Part shown: positions 1 to 13,744 of the stretch, in pieces
Layout of the letters: each line of letters begins with the position of its first letter
Position numbering within the stretch: position 1 is the stretch's first letter
Assembly (NCBI GenBank): GCA_002633005.1
Contig: NMRA01000044.1
Location: 902,074-966,073 of the forward strand
Reading direction: 5' to 3'
DNA length: 64,000 nucleotides
Origin: Phoronis australis
Taxonomy: Eukaryota > Animalia > Phoronida
Notes under the pieces: generated by a model
Database searches by the model: none
The model's input: only the letters and a program-made list of their open reading frames with translations
What the model was told of the DNA's origin: nothing
Program-made: the position numbers and the translations under genes

Positions 1-198
1 GTATTTTCATTAGATATTTATTAAAAAAACACAAACCTAGCTTAATATCAAATTCAGACTAATTTGATATGATGCCAGAGGAGCGGACAAACAAACAAAG
101 GATTACAGAACCTCTATCAATAAATGACAAATTAGCATTCAATGATTGCTGATCAAGTTAATACAAGCTTTGTGTTATTGGCAACCAACCCCAAGCTA

Positions 199-429
199 CA
201 GTGAAATCTCATCAACTTCAGACAAAAATGATTGTCAAAATTGCCTTTCTTCATTTTTCAAAAATCTGCTAAATTTGTTACGGATGCCCATTATTTTTCA
301 AAATATTCTCTGGCAGTACAGAGCATGAGCATGGTAGGAATGTGTCAATACATAACTACTGGGAAAAATGAGAAAACATAAATTTCACTTGTCCGCTCAA
401 GTGTATCCTAAATTGGTGAGACTTTACTG
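199..429. mobile_element. Tc1/mariner(pogo)-type MITE, family A
   Basis: TA|CAGTGAAATCTCATCAA ... TTGGTGAGACTTTACTG|CA terminal inverted repeats; related copies at 2884-3130, 15534-15770 and about 25060-25256. Confidence 0.7.
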
Positions 430-580
430 CACAATAGGTACAAAACGTTAGCGTGAATGACCGTCCTAATTCCCCCATAATACCACTGATTACTTCCTGT
501 ATTGATGTTAGTGACACAAAGACAGTTTAACACAGCAGGCACCCCGACACCACCAACAACACTGAGACGACTCCACTCAC

Positions 581-970
581 GCCTGTCTTCATCGTAGCAG
601 CTATCGTCGCTACTCGTTGCGACATCCGACAGCTCTATTCCACCAGCGCCATCTGCAGCATCTTGATTCGGATCTTGAGATTTCTTCTTTCCCTTTTTCC
701 GCTTACTTTTCACTAATCCTGGAATCACACGCACTTTTTCTTTTTCCTTTCGTTTGACAATACTCTTCTTCTTTGCCTCCAACGGAGGCTTTTTTTCAAG
801 ATTCTCGACGGCATCTTTCGACGGTGGATCCTCTTTCACCAGTTTCACATCATCCGAGACAGTAGCGTCCTCTGGAGTCTTTACAGCCAATGGCTGCGGC
901 AAGGCGAGCATTATCATCTTGCGTCTGTTTCCTTTGGGCCGTGACAATGATGGCACAGTTGTGACAGGAG
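581..970 (-). CDS. Unknown gene, shared exon C7 (390 nt, phase 1-1): PVTTVPSLSRPKGNRRKM...KSKRKKGKKK...SSDDSCYDEDR; gene continues left of the window
   Basis: ttcattag acceptor at 972-971, C|gtgagt donor at 580, open frame, phase matches upstream exon; Lys-rich low-complexity sequence. Confidence 0.85.
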
Positions 971-1496
971 CTAATGAAAGTCAAGCAGGAACAGTGACAA
1001 TTCAAGGATCAGAGTGCCATAGTGACTATACAACTTACGTGTTCCATAATAGTTGCCGACCGCTTACAAAAGAGACTTAAAACATTAGGCACTTTAGAAG
1101 ACAAATTCTAAAAATGTTTCGTCATTTATACTATATCCATATTTGTATTGTAGCACAGAAATTGTACTTTACAAAATATCTGCCACAGCTTCAAAGTTGT
1201 GTTTGTAAAACCCCATGCAATGCCATCTTTGAAAACAGTTTGTTTTACGTCATGGTTTGGGGTGGAACACTTTGTTTCAGCTTTTTAATATTACGAGTTA
1301 GTGTTCCAACTTACACGTGGTAATAGAATGGAGCCATTGTTATGTGCCATTGTTATGCGCCACAGCCAACTTGATTTATTCTACCTTGAAGTTAGTGATT
1401 CAAATTAGCACTGCATAGGTCTTTGAGATGAAGCAAACACTGAACATTTCATCAAAGTAACATAGCAGCATAAGAGTATTCACAATTACAGACAGA

Positions 1497-1735
1497 AGCA
1501 TGCAGCAAGTTACAAAATGTTAATTGTTAAATCACATGTAACATTTACAACCAGTTATAGAATTATTCCCCACCGCAGTTATTAAATACGGAGTGCATGC
1601 AGAGAGTTACACAACACTGTTTATCTGATACACCACGTGTAACATGTATAAGAAGTTGCAGATTTCTTCATCCTTGTCATTACAAGTGCATGCGGTAAGT
1701 TACACACTAAGTTAATTTTGTTACGCCACATTAGC
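1497..1735. repeat. Degenerate tandem repeat, about 94-bp unit, about 2.5 copies
   Basis: Recurring GCATGC..AGTTACA...CAC.TGTAACAT blocks near 1497, 1591 and 1685. Confidence 0.55.
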
Positions 1736-2883
1736 ATACATTATATAAGACCAAAAACATAATTGGTTCTGGGCATGCAGTACCCTATCTCAATTTGAGA
1801 CCTGAGCTCACATATTAAAGAATCACCAGTCAAACATAAATTTCAGCCAAGGTCTAACAAGGTTTAGAACACCAGGATTTGTCTAGAGATGAGTAAAAAC
1901 AAATCTTGCATCCCAGGTGGATTTGTTTAAGAAAAATTGAGCAACTAAAAATACCGACTCGATTTTATAAAAGGGGAGACTTTTTAAGAACTGTGATTTT
2001 TGCCTAGCATGGAGTAACAGAATTCTACACACATTAGTTTCCCAGCCCAGTTACAACAAAAGAGAAGTGCACAGAGTCACACAGTGTTACTTTTGTTACA
2101 CACTGTCACCAAAGCTCTACAATCCAGTGTAACAAAACTTCTCACCTCAATCATTTCAAAAGGTGGGTTACAGGTGTCAATTTATTTACATCACGCAAAA
2201 CATTTATTATCACAAATGTAACACGGGAGCGGATTCAGGATGTGTGCGTGGGTGCTCAAAACACCATTCTCTTAACGAGGTAAATATCTGTACCTGAATC
2301 ATTCGTGACAACCCCATCTGTTGGCAAAAGGATATTTGAGCACCCTGTATAAAATCCCAACTCAGCCAGGGTTTGATTGACCGAGTGAGTCATAATGTAA
2401 TTACAATGCCACCAATAAATCCCGCAGTAAAGACTCGTTCTCAACAAAGAAGTAAATTATCCCACTCATTTAAATATTTAAAAACATCTTTTTGATGAAT
2501 GCTCACAAATTTAACAAATATTTTGATTCGCGGTCGTGAATCACTGCAGAATCAATCCACAGAATCCAAAGTGTAAATTTAGAAATTAGGAATTGGAGAT
2601 ATTCCCAAAATGGCTTCCACGCCACCTTAAATTTTCAAGGAAGTATATTATAGATGTATACCGCTGACTAGACATGACAAACACAACTGAGAGGGGATAA
2701 AATGAGCTTGAGTCAGAGTCTTTACATTAAGTAAGTGAAGAAAATTTTGAAGCGTAACATCTGTTAATCTTAACAATGTTTTAAGTGACAAACTCCGAAC
2801 CGGTGAAGAAGTATTAAGTCATGATCAACATTCAATAGTAATATTTCACAATTTCAAGAACGATGAAAAATTCATCGGAAGTA

Positions 2884-3130
2884 CGGTAAAACCTCACCAA
2901 TCTAGGACAAAAAATGGCGGACAAGTGAAATTTATGTTTTCTCATTTTGTCATAAAATATGTGTAGCACCAAACTGACGTTTTTCCACGTTCAAACTCTT
3001 GATGACAGCTGTCACCAGACAGTATTTTTAAAAATTTATGGTCGTACGCAAAAAATGTTAGAAGACCTTAAAAACTAGAATAGGGAAAATTGGGCAATTA
3101 TTTTTGTCCAAAATTAGTGGCATTTTACAA
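2884..3130. mobile_element. MITE family A, opposite orientation to 199-429
   Basis: TA|CGGTAAAACCTCACCAATCTAGGAC ... GTCCAAAATTAGTGGCATTTTACAA|TA; 2917-2948 is the exact reverse complement of 365-396. Confidence 0.75.
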
Positions 3131-4197
3131 TACAGAAGCACATAATAAATCTGACAAAAGAAGTAAATAGAAAGAACAACATTCCACAACCACTTTTGAC
3201 ATAAAATCATGCAATTAAAAGACATAATCAATTAACCCTGCACACATATTCATTTAATAGGCTTTAAAATTAGTTTTCCTTCCCCTCATCCAACCCCTCT
3301 TCTGATATGGTTAGGTCAGTCAGTAAATTACTTCATTTTCTCCACCTTACATTGTCAGAGTGAGCTCAATTTTGTTACAAACCGATTTCTTTATCAGAAT
3401 TGAAGAAATCTTTCGTTGTGTGTGTATTTTACTAATGGTTGTGCGAAGGGAAACAAATTTAATTTCAATGTACACCTAACTTATCCAAATCAAAAACGCC
3501 AGACCAGTTTCCACCAAGAGCAACAACTGACAAATACTATTGAATAGCATCTTTGTTCTATTGGAATTAATTTTTGAGTGTCCGAAAATCGCTAACTTTA
3601 CCGTAAAGTACAACTTAATTTTGTTGGTTACATCTGGTGACACTTGGGATAGATATAATTACTGACAATAAAAAAGAATAGAATATGCACGTATTACAAA
3701 TCTTTAGGTATATCAGTTGTCAGGCTTGAGGCTTCTTTGGTTTGGTCGTCTTAGTTTTAAACACTGTAATTGTAGTGACAATCTTCAAACAGGATTGCAT
3801 ACTTATTACTATGTTTCACCTCTGTAAAATACTTAGGCGTCTTTGTTTGCACTCTGCTTTGAAAATGTTAAGGCTGCTAAAAATACATTAAAAATTGTCT
3901 CATAGCAATTAAGCAAATTTTGAGAGTCAAAATTAACACTTTGAAACCAAGTTCCAAACAATTGGAAATTTCCTCAATTGTACATTTTGATTCCTTTGAC
4001 AGACTTTACTGTTCACCCTAAAAAAGGTCACAAAGACTCTTGATGACCGTTTGAAGATCAACACTACATATCACACACCCACCACAGAATAGAGTTTGAA
4101 ACATCACATGTTTAACTGAAAAAGAACGCTAACGCGTGAAACCGCGTATTCATTACATACACAACATGTGACCACATTTTAGTGAAACACTAAGTAC

Positions 4198-4320
4198 CTA
4201 ACAGTTGAGTGATTTCCAAGGCTTTCTCAGCAGGGTGGACATGGCTAGATGGTCCAGGCTTATCACCGTTGCTATCGCCACCTAGTGGCTGATCTGACAG
4301 ATCACTATCATCTTCACCCT
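4198..4320 (-). CDS. Unknown gene, shared exon C6 (123 nt, phase 1-1): GEDDSDLSDQPLGGDSNGDKPGPSSHVHPAEKALEITQLL
   Basis: tgtttag acceptor, G|gtactt donor, open frame, phases fit both neighbours. Confidence 0.8.
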
Positions 4321-4664
4321 CTAAACACATTTGCAATAATACATGTTACAATAACAAATTGGCACTAAATCTATCAAATTCATTTGAAAAAATAATATCT
4401 CGGCAAAGTAAATCTGAATTCTAACATAAAATTTCACAGGGCAAAGCCACAAACTCATTATGCATTACAAAGAGATCTCATTAAAACATAAAAAACGCAA
4501 TAGTAACGCAGCAAAGTGTGTCTTGCAGTACTGGAATTCATGCAAAAACATTTTTCAAGATAAACACACACAACCATATCAGACCAGAAAGCAAAATACT
4601 AAGCTTTTTCGCACAAAATAATAAAAATTTGACATTTGCTCTGCTAACATTTTATTTAACTTAC

Positions 4665-4952
4665 CCAATGGTGTCTTCTTCTTTGCTTGCGTTTTCAAAG
4701 TTAAACCACTAGGGACATCTGGCAGCACAGGCACTGAGGAGCGACGTTGCACTGGTGTGTCAATCGGCGTGACTTCACTAAGTAACGAGCCTGCACTGCC
4801 CCCTCTTGATGGCCGACTTTGTTTGGTGCTGGCAGAAAACACACCTTCGTCTTTGCCGGGCGTGGCATCTCCGCGCTCGCTAATAGAGAAGCGATGTCGG
4901 TAACCGCTACTCGTTTGCCTGGATATGGCAGAGGACGCCATGTAGTCTGACT
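4665..4952 (-). CDS. Unknown gene, shared exon C5 (288 nt, phase 1-1): SDYMASSAISRQTSSGYRHRFS...QAKKKTPL
   Basis: cttgtag acceptor, G|gtaagt donor, GC-richer open frame. Confidence 0.85.
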
Positions 4953-5203
4953 CTACAAGTGGATTTTTTGTTTAACACAATGCGACAAGACCAGTTGAAG
5001 AATATACAAATTCACACTAAAACTAAAAAAATTCAGCACACGTCATCTCCCAGGGAGACATTATTACGCTACCTGGTGACTTGATGGATGTTTGTGTCAC
5101 TTGTCCTTTAAATAAAAAAAGTTTAGAAAATCCTACGATTTCAGAAAGTTTTGAAACCTTGAGTCTAAAAATCCTAAATTCATTCCTTATGCTATGGACT
5201 TAC

Positions 5204-5506
5204 CGTGTGAAGAAAGTTTCGTGCTACTCGCAGACACAACCCTATCCAAAGGGTCAGCCTCCACGTCACTAGTACCACCGCCCACTCCATCATCAGCCGA
5301 CAGCCAATCACTGTCCGGATTGGGAGGGCGGTCGGTAATTTCGCCTCCCACCTCAGTTGATGAGGCCCGCCCACTTCTTGAATGACAAGCTGACTTGGTC
5401 GTGCTTTCATCTAGTATGTCACTCTCAGCAAAAGTCACACGATTCCCATAAGGAGACTTGTGGGGGCTAAGGAGTTCTACATCTATTCCACTGTCTTTGG
5501 CAGAAC
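5204..5506 (-). CDS. Unknown gene, shared exon C4 (303 nt, phase 1-1): SAKDSGIDVELLSPHKSPYGNRVTFAESD...TKLSSH
   Basis: taccag acceptor, G|gtaagt donor, open frame. Confidence 0.85.
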
Positions 5507-5729
5507 CTGGTAATAGCAGACAGATTTGCTACTTTTTAACCAAATCATGTCAGTCAAGAAAAAGAATTTTCCTGTAATGTTTTAAAATAAACAAATTCGT
5601 AAGCAATTGAGTTTTTGCAGAACCACACACTGCCTCAAATCTTTAAATTATTAACTGATATGAAAATACAAATATTATCAAATACGTTGTAATATCCATA
5701 GCGGCATTTCATTGCCCAAAAGTACACTA

Positions 5730-6055
5730 CAGTAAAAACTCTCCAGTATGGGACAGTGAAAATTTAATTATTTTTCTCAGCGTCGGAGCTCGTACCATAT
5801 TTTCAAAATGGATGATACTGACTGTCCCAAATTCAAGAATTACAAGATGAAAAATTACCCATTCTGTATTCTGTTACGTCAGCAGTTATTTTCAATGCTT
5901 TTATCTCAATAACCCAAGGTCCAATAGTTGATAAACATTTAATGAATGCCCAGACTGCCCATGTCTCAATCTTCAGAACCGAGAAAATCGCATTTTGGAT
6001 TGACTTACAATCTCACAAATGTGATAGGCTGTCCTAAATTGGAGAATTTTTACCG
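5730..6055. mobile_element. Tc1/mariner-type MITE, family B
   Basis: TA|CAGTAAAAACTCTCCAGTATGGGACAG ... CTGTCCTAAATTGGAGAATTTTTACCG; similar copy at 7755-8100 sharing internal GCCCATGTC..AATCTTCAG. Confidence 0.7.
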
Positions 6056-6136
6056 TTTTTATCTTTACTAAAATAAGTTAAATCTATAGAAAATAACAAA
6101 CAGTGTCTCATATGAAAGCAAGTTACATTTAAATGC

Positions 6137-6500
6137 TAAACAAAAATGGTAACAATAGCAACCCAGAGCACTGAAATGCACCCACGACAGCTATCAGGGT
6201 GTTTATTAGTATCACATAAATGGCAATTAGGTGGCGTAGAATGCGTCGAACCCGTCCAAAAAGTGAAGGCATTGTCACCTCCCTAATAGAGTACTATTTG
6301 CCAAATTTCAAGAAAATCCATCATAGAATTCCTAAGATATAATGGCTAACTTGAACAATTTGTCATTGAGAGGCACAACTGTAGTCGGCTCCATGTATCG
6401 CTGGTCCACTTAAGGAATACACTTTCCAGATTTCAAAATTATCTTGAAAGGGATTTCAAATTAATAGATACCAATAACAAAAAAGAAAAATTGTGGGTGA
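6137..6500 (+). mobile_element. Fragment of HINE-like repeat family
   Basis: AAATGGCAATTAGGTGGCGTAGAATGCGTC...CCAAATTTCA unit shared with 23664-25056. Confidence 0.5.
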
Positions 6501-7417
6501 CATATCGTTCTACAAATGGGCTTATGTGATAGAAATGTTTTTTGTGTTGTAAAATCTAACAACAAGAAACCTTTTTTGCATGAACTGAATCACCAAAAAA
6601 GATAAAATCCTCCTAGAAGAGGAAAATTACGAGCCCTGTATAGATATATGTAGACATAGACATAGAATATAAACCGTTTCTTGTAAGGATTCATAAATTG
6701 AACAAAGTAATTACAAAAAAATATTTTCCCAGTTTGTGTTGTGCACACTCTTACTCAACCAGCTGTAGTTAACATAAAGGATTCTTAGAAATAGACAATA
6801 TCTATTTTTACACCCATGGCTAATTTGTAAATACCTAGTAGGGACAGCATAATATCCATATCACAATCACACCCATTTTTCACCTGTTTCAAAAGAGACT
6901 GTCACAAAGCTGTCATTGTTGATTAGAAACCATTGACAGGAAGTTGAAGAAGAGGCTGTCTCCATCAAGTGAAATTAGTCTTCACTAGTGAATGTTGAGT
7001 GGGGAGAGAAAGCACTTCAACAATACACCCAGGGGCACTGATGTCAGTCATACAGGCTTAGGTAAATGTAAAAACTTCACACACAGAACTAATTCAATGT
7101 ATATTGTCCATCAGGAATTACTATGTTCGCACACAGACATAGAGAGGGCACACGGTGCCAAAGCTGTAAACTTCAGAAAAATAGGTAAATCATAATTTGG
7201 TAAGACTGTGCGGACTAACAGAAAAATTATTAAAAAATTGAAGTTGTGCTTGTATGATTAATTATGTACAGCTGGACCACTTGAATAGCAAAATTTATCA
7301 TAAAAATAACACATTTTTTCAGATTTCTTTCCTTACTCTAAATTTCATCAAAAAGAAGACCTTTGATTACTGCCACGAGACCGTTGATGAGCAAAATTAT
7401 CCATCTGCTGGGCTTAC

Positions 7418-7541
7418 CTAGTTTTTCATTAGGAGACGGCTGCCCAGCCAATATGGCTGACTTACGACTTGAGTCAACACTCTCGCCATCGTCACCATGC
7501 CCTCTGGTGGTGGATGACTGTAACTGACGGCGAAACACAAC
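7418..7541 (-). CDS. Unknown gene, shared exon C3 (124 nt, phase 0-1): VVFRRQLQSSTTRGHGDDGESVDSSRKSAILAGQPSPNEKL
   Basis: ttttcacctgcag acceptor, G|gtaagc donor, phases fit. Confidence 0.85.
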
Positions 7542-7754
7542 CTGCAGGTGAAAACACAGTTTAGTGTTGTGCTTATACAACATTAAGCTTGAAATCTTCA
7601 TGAAAATAATTGTGTATATCAAAGAGAAGCAACTGACAACCTAGTTTAATTACGATTGCTAAGTGGACGAAACTGAGATGCAAAATTGAGTTCAAAAAGA
7701 CTTGCAGTTTGATGACAGAAAAAAGGAAAACATTATACACTGCTCTACATATTA

Positions 7755-8100
7755 TAGTAAAAATTCTCCAGTTTGGACAGTGCAAAATTACTTTGCTCAA
7801 GGTTGGAGCTTAAACTAAATTTCAGAAATAAACTTTATTGAGTCCGTCCCAAAATCAAAAATTCAAATCGATAAAAATATTTTGGTGATGTATGAAATTT
7901 TGCATTGACAGCTACTGTGCACCAATTAATGAATCACCATGACATTATCTTGATACAAAAAGCAGTGTTGGATATTTGAGAATGTGACGAATGCTAACAA
8001 TCGCCCATGTCCCAATCTTCAGTATCAAGAAAAATCAACTTTGGCATGAATTTCGATGTTCCAAATTCAGAAACTATCCCAAAGTGGAGCATTTTTAACG
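7755..8100. mobile_element. MITE family B copy
   Basis: TAGTAAAAATTCTCCAGTTTGGACAG ... CTATCCCAAAGTGGAGCATTTTTAACG; colinear with 5730-6055. Confidence 0.65.
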
Positions 8101-8218
8101 AACATAATTTGATATAATTATATTTTCAAGTGTTTGAACTAGATGACAACCCCGTGAGATGAGAATCCTAGTAATGCAGTTATATTATTCCAATCATTAC
8201 AAAGTAACCTGGTTACTA

Positions 8219-8481
8219 CCGTAAAATCTCACCGAATCCAGACAAAAAAATTACAAAAATTTAATATTTTTTGCAAAAATTGATCTCTTTTTAATTTTCA
8301 AAGGCTTCTAAAATTGTTGAAAATATTCACGAGTTCTCAAAACAGTGTTTGAGGGTAGCTTAGGCATATCACTTACAGACATTAAAATATTTATTTGGTA
8401 CTACTTATCTTTTGTGGGAAAATTAAAAAAATATAATTTTACTTGGCTGTCATATTGTCCTGAATAGGTAAGATTTTGCCG
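8219..8481. mobile_element. TA-type MITE related to family A
   Basis: TA|CCGTAAAATCTCACCGAATCCAGAC ... GTCCTGAATAGGTAAGATTTTGCCG imperfect TIRs. Confidence 0.55.
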
Positions 8482-11400
8482 TCCTGACATGCACGTGAGA
8501 CGGCGAAGCATGCAACAGTATCACAGTAGAACGGATAGCTCGTGCAAGGCAATGTCTTCAGCTATTAAAAAGCTCAACTAGAACTAGATTGTACTAAAAA
8601 CAACAAACAGTGGCTTAGTCAGAAATAGCATTTCTGGACTACACCCAACTCATTCTGAGCCAGTACTCAAAGGTGACATCAGGTGATCCTGGGATAAAGA
8701 AAGAAAAAGACAGAAGTGTACTAATTATCCCATGTTTTCGCTTTCTCTTGAACACATTAATTATTTTTGCTTAACTGGCTAACTATTCAAGCTATTCACG
8801 AATCAAAAGCAAAAATTCCCATTTTCATTGTCCAAGACAACAATAAAACTTGAAGAATTTCTACCTGTCAATAGAAAGTGCTTTTCTTTCTGCATGTCAA
8901 AATATTCCAACGTTAAGACTCACACATTTCTTGGATAAAATTTTCCATTGTCAACAAGCACAGTTCAATTCAATTACACTGACCCCAAAACATTACAGTT
9001 GGTTAACAATAAACAAACATAATTGCTTTTGCCCAGTAAAAACCTTCGTGACTCACAACATAGATTTTTACATTAGTACAAGGATTAAAAATGATTCGCA
9101 TATAAATTTATAGTATGAAAAAAGTGAAAAACACTCACCTTAAAACATCAAGGGATTGACCAACAAGTTGCCAACTATCACATATTTCATGCAATTGTAA
9201 ACCCGTATTCAGTCAGACACTAACTTTCAGTTTAAATCACTTATTGGTATAAAATTGTAATTCCTTCTTATCTCAGCCGAGAAGTGATAACATTCCTGGC
9301 CTTGAATAGAACTGACATCTCATTATTGGTTGACATTACGTTCAGTGCATAAAATGACCCGCCAGAACAAACCAATTTATAGAATCAGCGAGGAATAGCA
9401 AACTGTCTGTTCCTTTCAAGCCCAGAAATCACTTTTCAAAATTTTCTTAATTTGAGAACAATTCCTTGTCGGTTAGTGACCAAAAAGTTGTTTTTTGTAA
9501 CTGAAGATGGGTTCACAGCAACCTTAATCATGGATATGTAAAACTTTAGTCAGATATTACATAATCTAAAAGCACATGTTCATACTCATCAAGTTTTACC
9601 CACGTTCAGCTGTAAATACAAATCTATGGACAATTTCAACTCAAAAAAACGTCCCGACAAAATTGCCTTAGTGACCAACAAACGGTGTGCTCTAAACATT
9701 TTGGCGACATTTCACTTGGCTCCAGCATATGAATTGATGGGTACAGGACAGGCTATGTGCAAACCAGAATCGGCTGTGGGGTAAATGCCAGCCCACCCAG
9801 AAATCTTTTAAAAAATTTGTTATATTAACCACAAATAATGGTTGACCGCTCAGTCCCTAATTTTTGTACTTCACAATTAAAACACTGCGGGCAATAAAAC
9901 GCTTGAACAGAGTAACAGTGTTTCAGTTGCTTTTTTCTAGTTATTTCAAAAAATTGAAAAACAAATAAAAAGGATTTCAAAGATCATGAAATCCCATGCA
10001 CCGATGCAATGACTAAAATAATTGACCACACACGGTATAAAAGGCTTGACATAATCCAATCTCATTATCAAGAACTAGTCAAATTCAAATATTTGTACAA
10101 ACCACTAGTTGATAAAACTGTTTGACACAGATGTTCGAATTTGAAAGTCAAACTCAAAGGTCAGGACGTAACAAACACATGAGTTTAAAAAAAGACAGCA
10201 CCAGTACTGGGTGTAGATTCTGCGAACTTAGGTGTTGTGAAGTTCACAATATGGTATTTACACACCTATCACATTTACTGATAAAAAACTGTTGTTTACT
10301 CATGTCTTAAAGGAGGGTTCAAGTGGCGTCACGTCTCTACACCCTATAATTCAACAAACTCAAGGGCAGTCCGGCTAAATTTATTAACATTCAGGCAAAA
10401 CATCCGATAGGCTATCAGTTCATTTTTGGCGAAATTTAATACCAGATAAAAACGGCAAACGTTTACAATTTACACTGTCCAGCTAATACCTGAAATTATC
10501 TGATATCAAACCCCACATGATCGTCACCAATCTACACAATGAAATAAATGTAGCAGACATTGTTTACAGGTGAACAGGTAATGAAAACAGGGGTGTTATC
10601 AATGTTCTACATCAAGGCGCTACCTGTGAAAATAAACACAACAGGAGCCTTATCTCACTTTGCACCTTGTGAGTCACTCAGCCAGGTGTGAAATAGAAAG
10701 TTACTGTAACAATGGCATCAGAGAGATAGCTGGAAGGGATTCTCACACATTGCATTTCTGAGTGAACATGGTCACAAGAGTTGTTCATTTGCTGGTTTTA
10801 CAGGTGAACACCAATCTTTTGAACCATGCAACACTCACTGAGCAAACATCCTGGGGGATCTCTTGTACACAAGTTTTGGGAGGTACAGTTCTACCAGCTG
10901 TCAGCTCAGGTAGATATTTTTGACAAGGGTTAGGCAGGTCTTAATATTACAATTATCATGATTTGGTATAGTCTCTGGTACCCATTCTCCCATTTGCCCT
11001 GGTACTGCTTGGATCCCAGTATGAGCCTGTCACAGTCACTAGGAAAATAATAATAGTAGGATGTAGACATTCAAATATAGATAAATTGCCTTCAGTAGTG
11101 TAACTTGGGCCTTTCTGGGATTCCAATTCAGTTACCATACAAAATTTTGCTTCGCCTTCATGCAGTGTGTTATGATTGGTTCCCATTTGAGGAACGAATA
11201 CACATGTGGGTCATGCTCTTGCCTTGAAAAATATTCGCTTAAACAATGGAAACAATCAATTTATTACCACGATTTATGGATTCGATCCCTTAATTGAACA
11301 GTCCAACCTCACCGACCAATCACTTTAATGGCCGCCATTCTATTGTGTTAAAATACAGAGCATAATCACGAATTAATGCTCACCTTTTACAAACATAATT

Positions 11401-12137
11401 TTGTATGATATAGTGTGATTTCGCTCTTCTTGGTCTATAAATCGCTGCATCAGAACTTAAAAAGAAGAAGGTGGGCCTAGAATTGAGCAAAACCTGACTT
11501 GAACAATCTGGGGTCGAAAGTTTAGCTGAACGTGGGCATTCAAAATGAGTAGATCGCTTAATTATAAAACATGAGAAACCATTCCAGTCTTCACATTTTT
11601 AAAAACTAGCGTCAAATCCTAATGTCCTATAACTATTTCTGTTTCGATTCTTAGACATATTTATTCATACATATATTGTCTAGTATGTAAGGAAATAACA
11701 AAAAATTGCAATTTCACTTCAGCACAAACCTTTCGCTGGTCACAATCTCTTCACACAACTTGTTTTATAAATCAAACTAAAACCTAGTTTTGATACAATT
11801 AGTCTTACACTGAGCGGTGCTATGGTGGGTCAAAATGACCAATGAATAATAAAATAAATTCAATACTCGGCTTTTTATGATAATCACATAACTGAATGAA
11901 AATATCAGACACTCGCCATCGTGTGAAACAGGGGATCCAAAGGCAATAGACACATTACATCGACAGCACTCAATATACTGTTAAACAAATGAGGCTACAG
12001 CCTCTATTAAATATTGTTAATTCAAATGATCACACTGACAAATTTAACAACCTACCTTGTACTTCCAGTGATTCAAAACAGGGTGCGCTAGAGAATCTCA
12101 CCACAATACAAAAGAAACAACGATGTCAATCACCTAC

Positions 12138-12263
12138 CCTCATGCGTTTTTCATGCTGTAGTAAATATTTTGAGACATTCTGCATGTGAGCCGCGCGTGC
12201 GGCTGCAAAGTGCGCCAGATAGCGATCGCACGGTCGGGCACGAACGTCAACGAAGTCGTATAC
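12138..12263 (-). CDS. Unknown gene, shared exon C2 (126 nt, phase 0-0): VYDFVDVRARPCDRYLAHFAAARAAHMQNVSKYLLQHEKRMR
   Basis: gaacag acceptor, AGG|gtaggt donor, CpG-rich open frame. Confidence 0.85.
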
Positions 12264-12430
12264 CTGTTCAGAGATCAGTAAAACACCAGGGCGATTGTGA
12301 AGGGCAGTAAATTCACAGTGCAAGTAAAGCAATAGGTCAGGCATCGGCTAAATCTATAAGTTCACACTACTACGTAAATAATAAAACATGCAAAAGTAAA
12401 CCGTGTACAGTTGGCACAGAAAGACATATA

Positions 12431-13116
12431 AGTGCTGAATTCATATGTGTACCTTTCACAGTCAACAAGAAGCTGGGAATGTGTGGTTGAGGGGTGTTTT
12501 ATTATGATGGACTTCATTTGTCATGGCTAGTCCTTAGCAAAAATGAATTTGTGTGGATATATACAGTGTTCCAAATTGGTGCACCCACAGTGCAAACCAC
12601 AAGTAATCTTAGCACCCATACTTGGCATGATGGAATTCGTTGCCATGGAAACAGTCCTGCATAGTTTGTCAGGGAATTTACCAAGTATTAAGTGACTGAA
12701 GGTGGAAACACTACGCTCTAATAGACTAGACTTTGAGCAAGATATGAAAGAGGGTGGATTTTTGTTTTTCGTCTCAGTTCGCTCAAGAGTCATAGTGCCT
12801 GAACCTGATACCTCTGTTTCCAAAACCTTATGCTGGTTTTCTATGTCCAGGGCTCTAGATCATATGCAAAGTTAAGTAATAAAGATAGCTATTTTGTCCC
12901 ACTTTTCTGCTAAAATTGGACCATCGAGTGCCCCCTCCCCCCCCGCACCTGATTTATTAAGGTTATGCTACTATGAGTAGTTAAGACCAGCTGTGACCAG
13001 AAGCATGAGAAGGAAATGGCATTTTGGCTGATTACTCATGGCATGTACTGAATCTAAATTTCCATGACAACTTTAAATTAGGCTCATCTGTGTGAAATCC
13101 CTGTATATTCAGCACT
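12431..13116. mobile_element. Non-autonomous DNA transposon with TTAA-type flank (Kolobok-like)
   Basis: AGTGCTGAAT ... ATTCAGCACT terminal inverted repeat; TTAA on the right, TATA on the left. Confidence 0.45.
12639..12652. promoter_or_regulatory. RFX X-box-like site GTTGCCATGGAAAC
   Basis: Near-perfect match to the X-box consensus; lies inside a putative transposon. Confidence 0.4.
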
Positions 13117-13744
13117 TTAATGTCTCAATGAACCAGCCATCACTAAGGTAATACCGCAAAATTGACTACTCGGTATAGCAACAAAAATCTGGAAGGCAGT
13201 AATAACAACTTTCACGTTTTCGTAAGGGCAGTGCAAGAAATCTCTTTTCGTCGGCCATTGTGCTCAGTGACTAAAATTTCCTTCAAGAAGCATGCAATCT
13301 AGCAGCTAAACTTTCATTCATAGCACAAAGCGAACAGACAAAATTTACTTAAGACTGGAGCAATGCATGGTACAGTCAACCTGTGTTACAACGAACATTC
13401 CGAATTCCGGAACTTTTCTAAACAGTTCCTATTTGTGAAATTCGTTGCAACTAAATCAACTTCAGCACATATACCACTGACAGTGATGAAATATAATGTT
13501 TAAATAAAAGTGAACGTCCGGTATACATCAGGCATCTTGCGATGCAGTTTGACTGTAACAGGTGAAAATTCTCCAATAAAGTAAAGCAAAACCAAGATGA
13601 TAGGCCAGTTCTCACAGTAAATGTATGCAGAACACTAAATTCAATTTGCTACTAAACTCAAAACGCATGCATCTATCAAGACAACAATATTATTGTGGTG
13701 CATAAAGAGCACGGGAATATGGTATTTGCTCTGCGGCAACTCAC

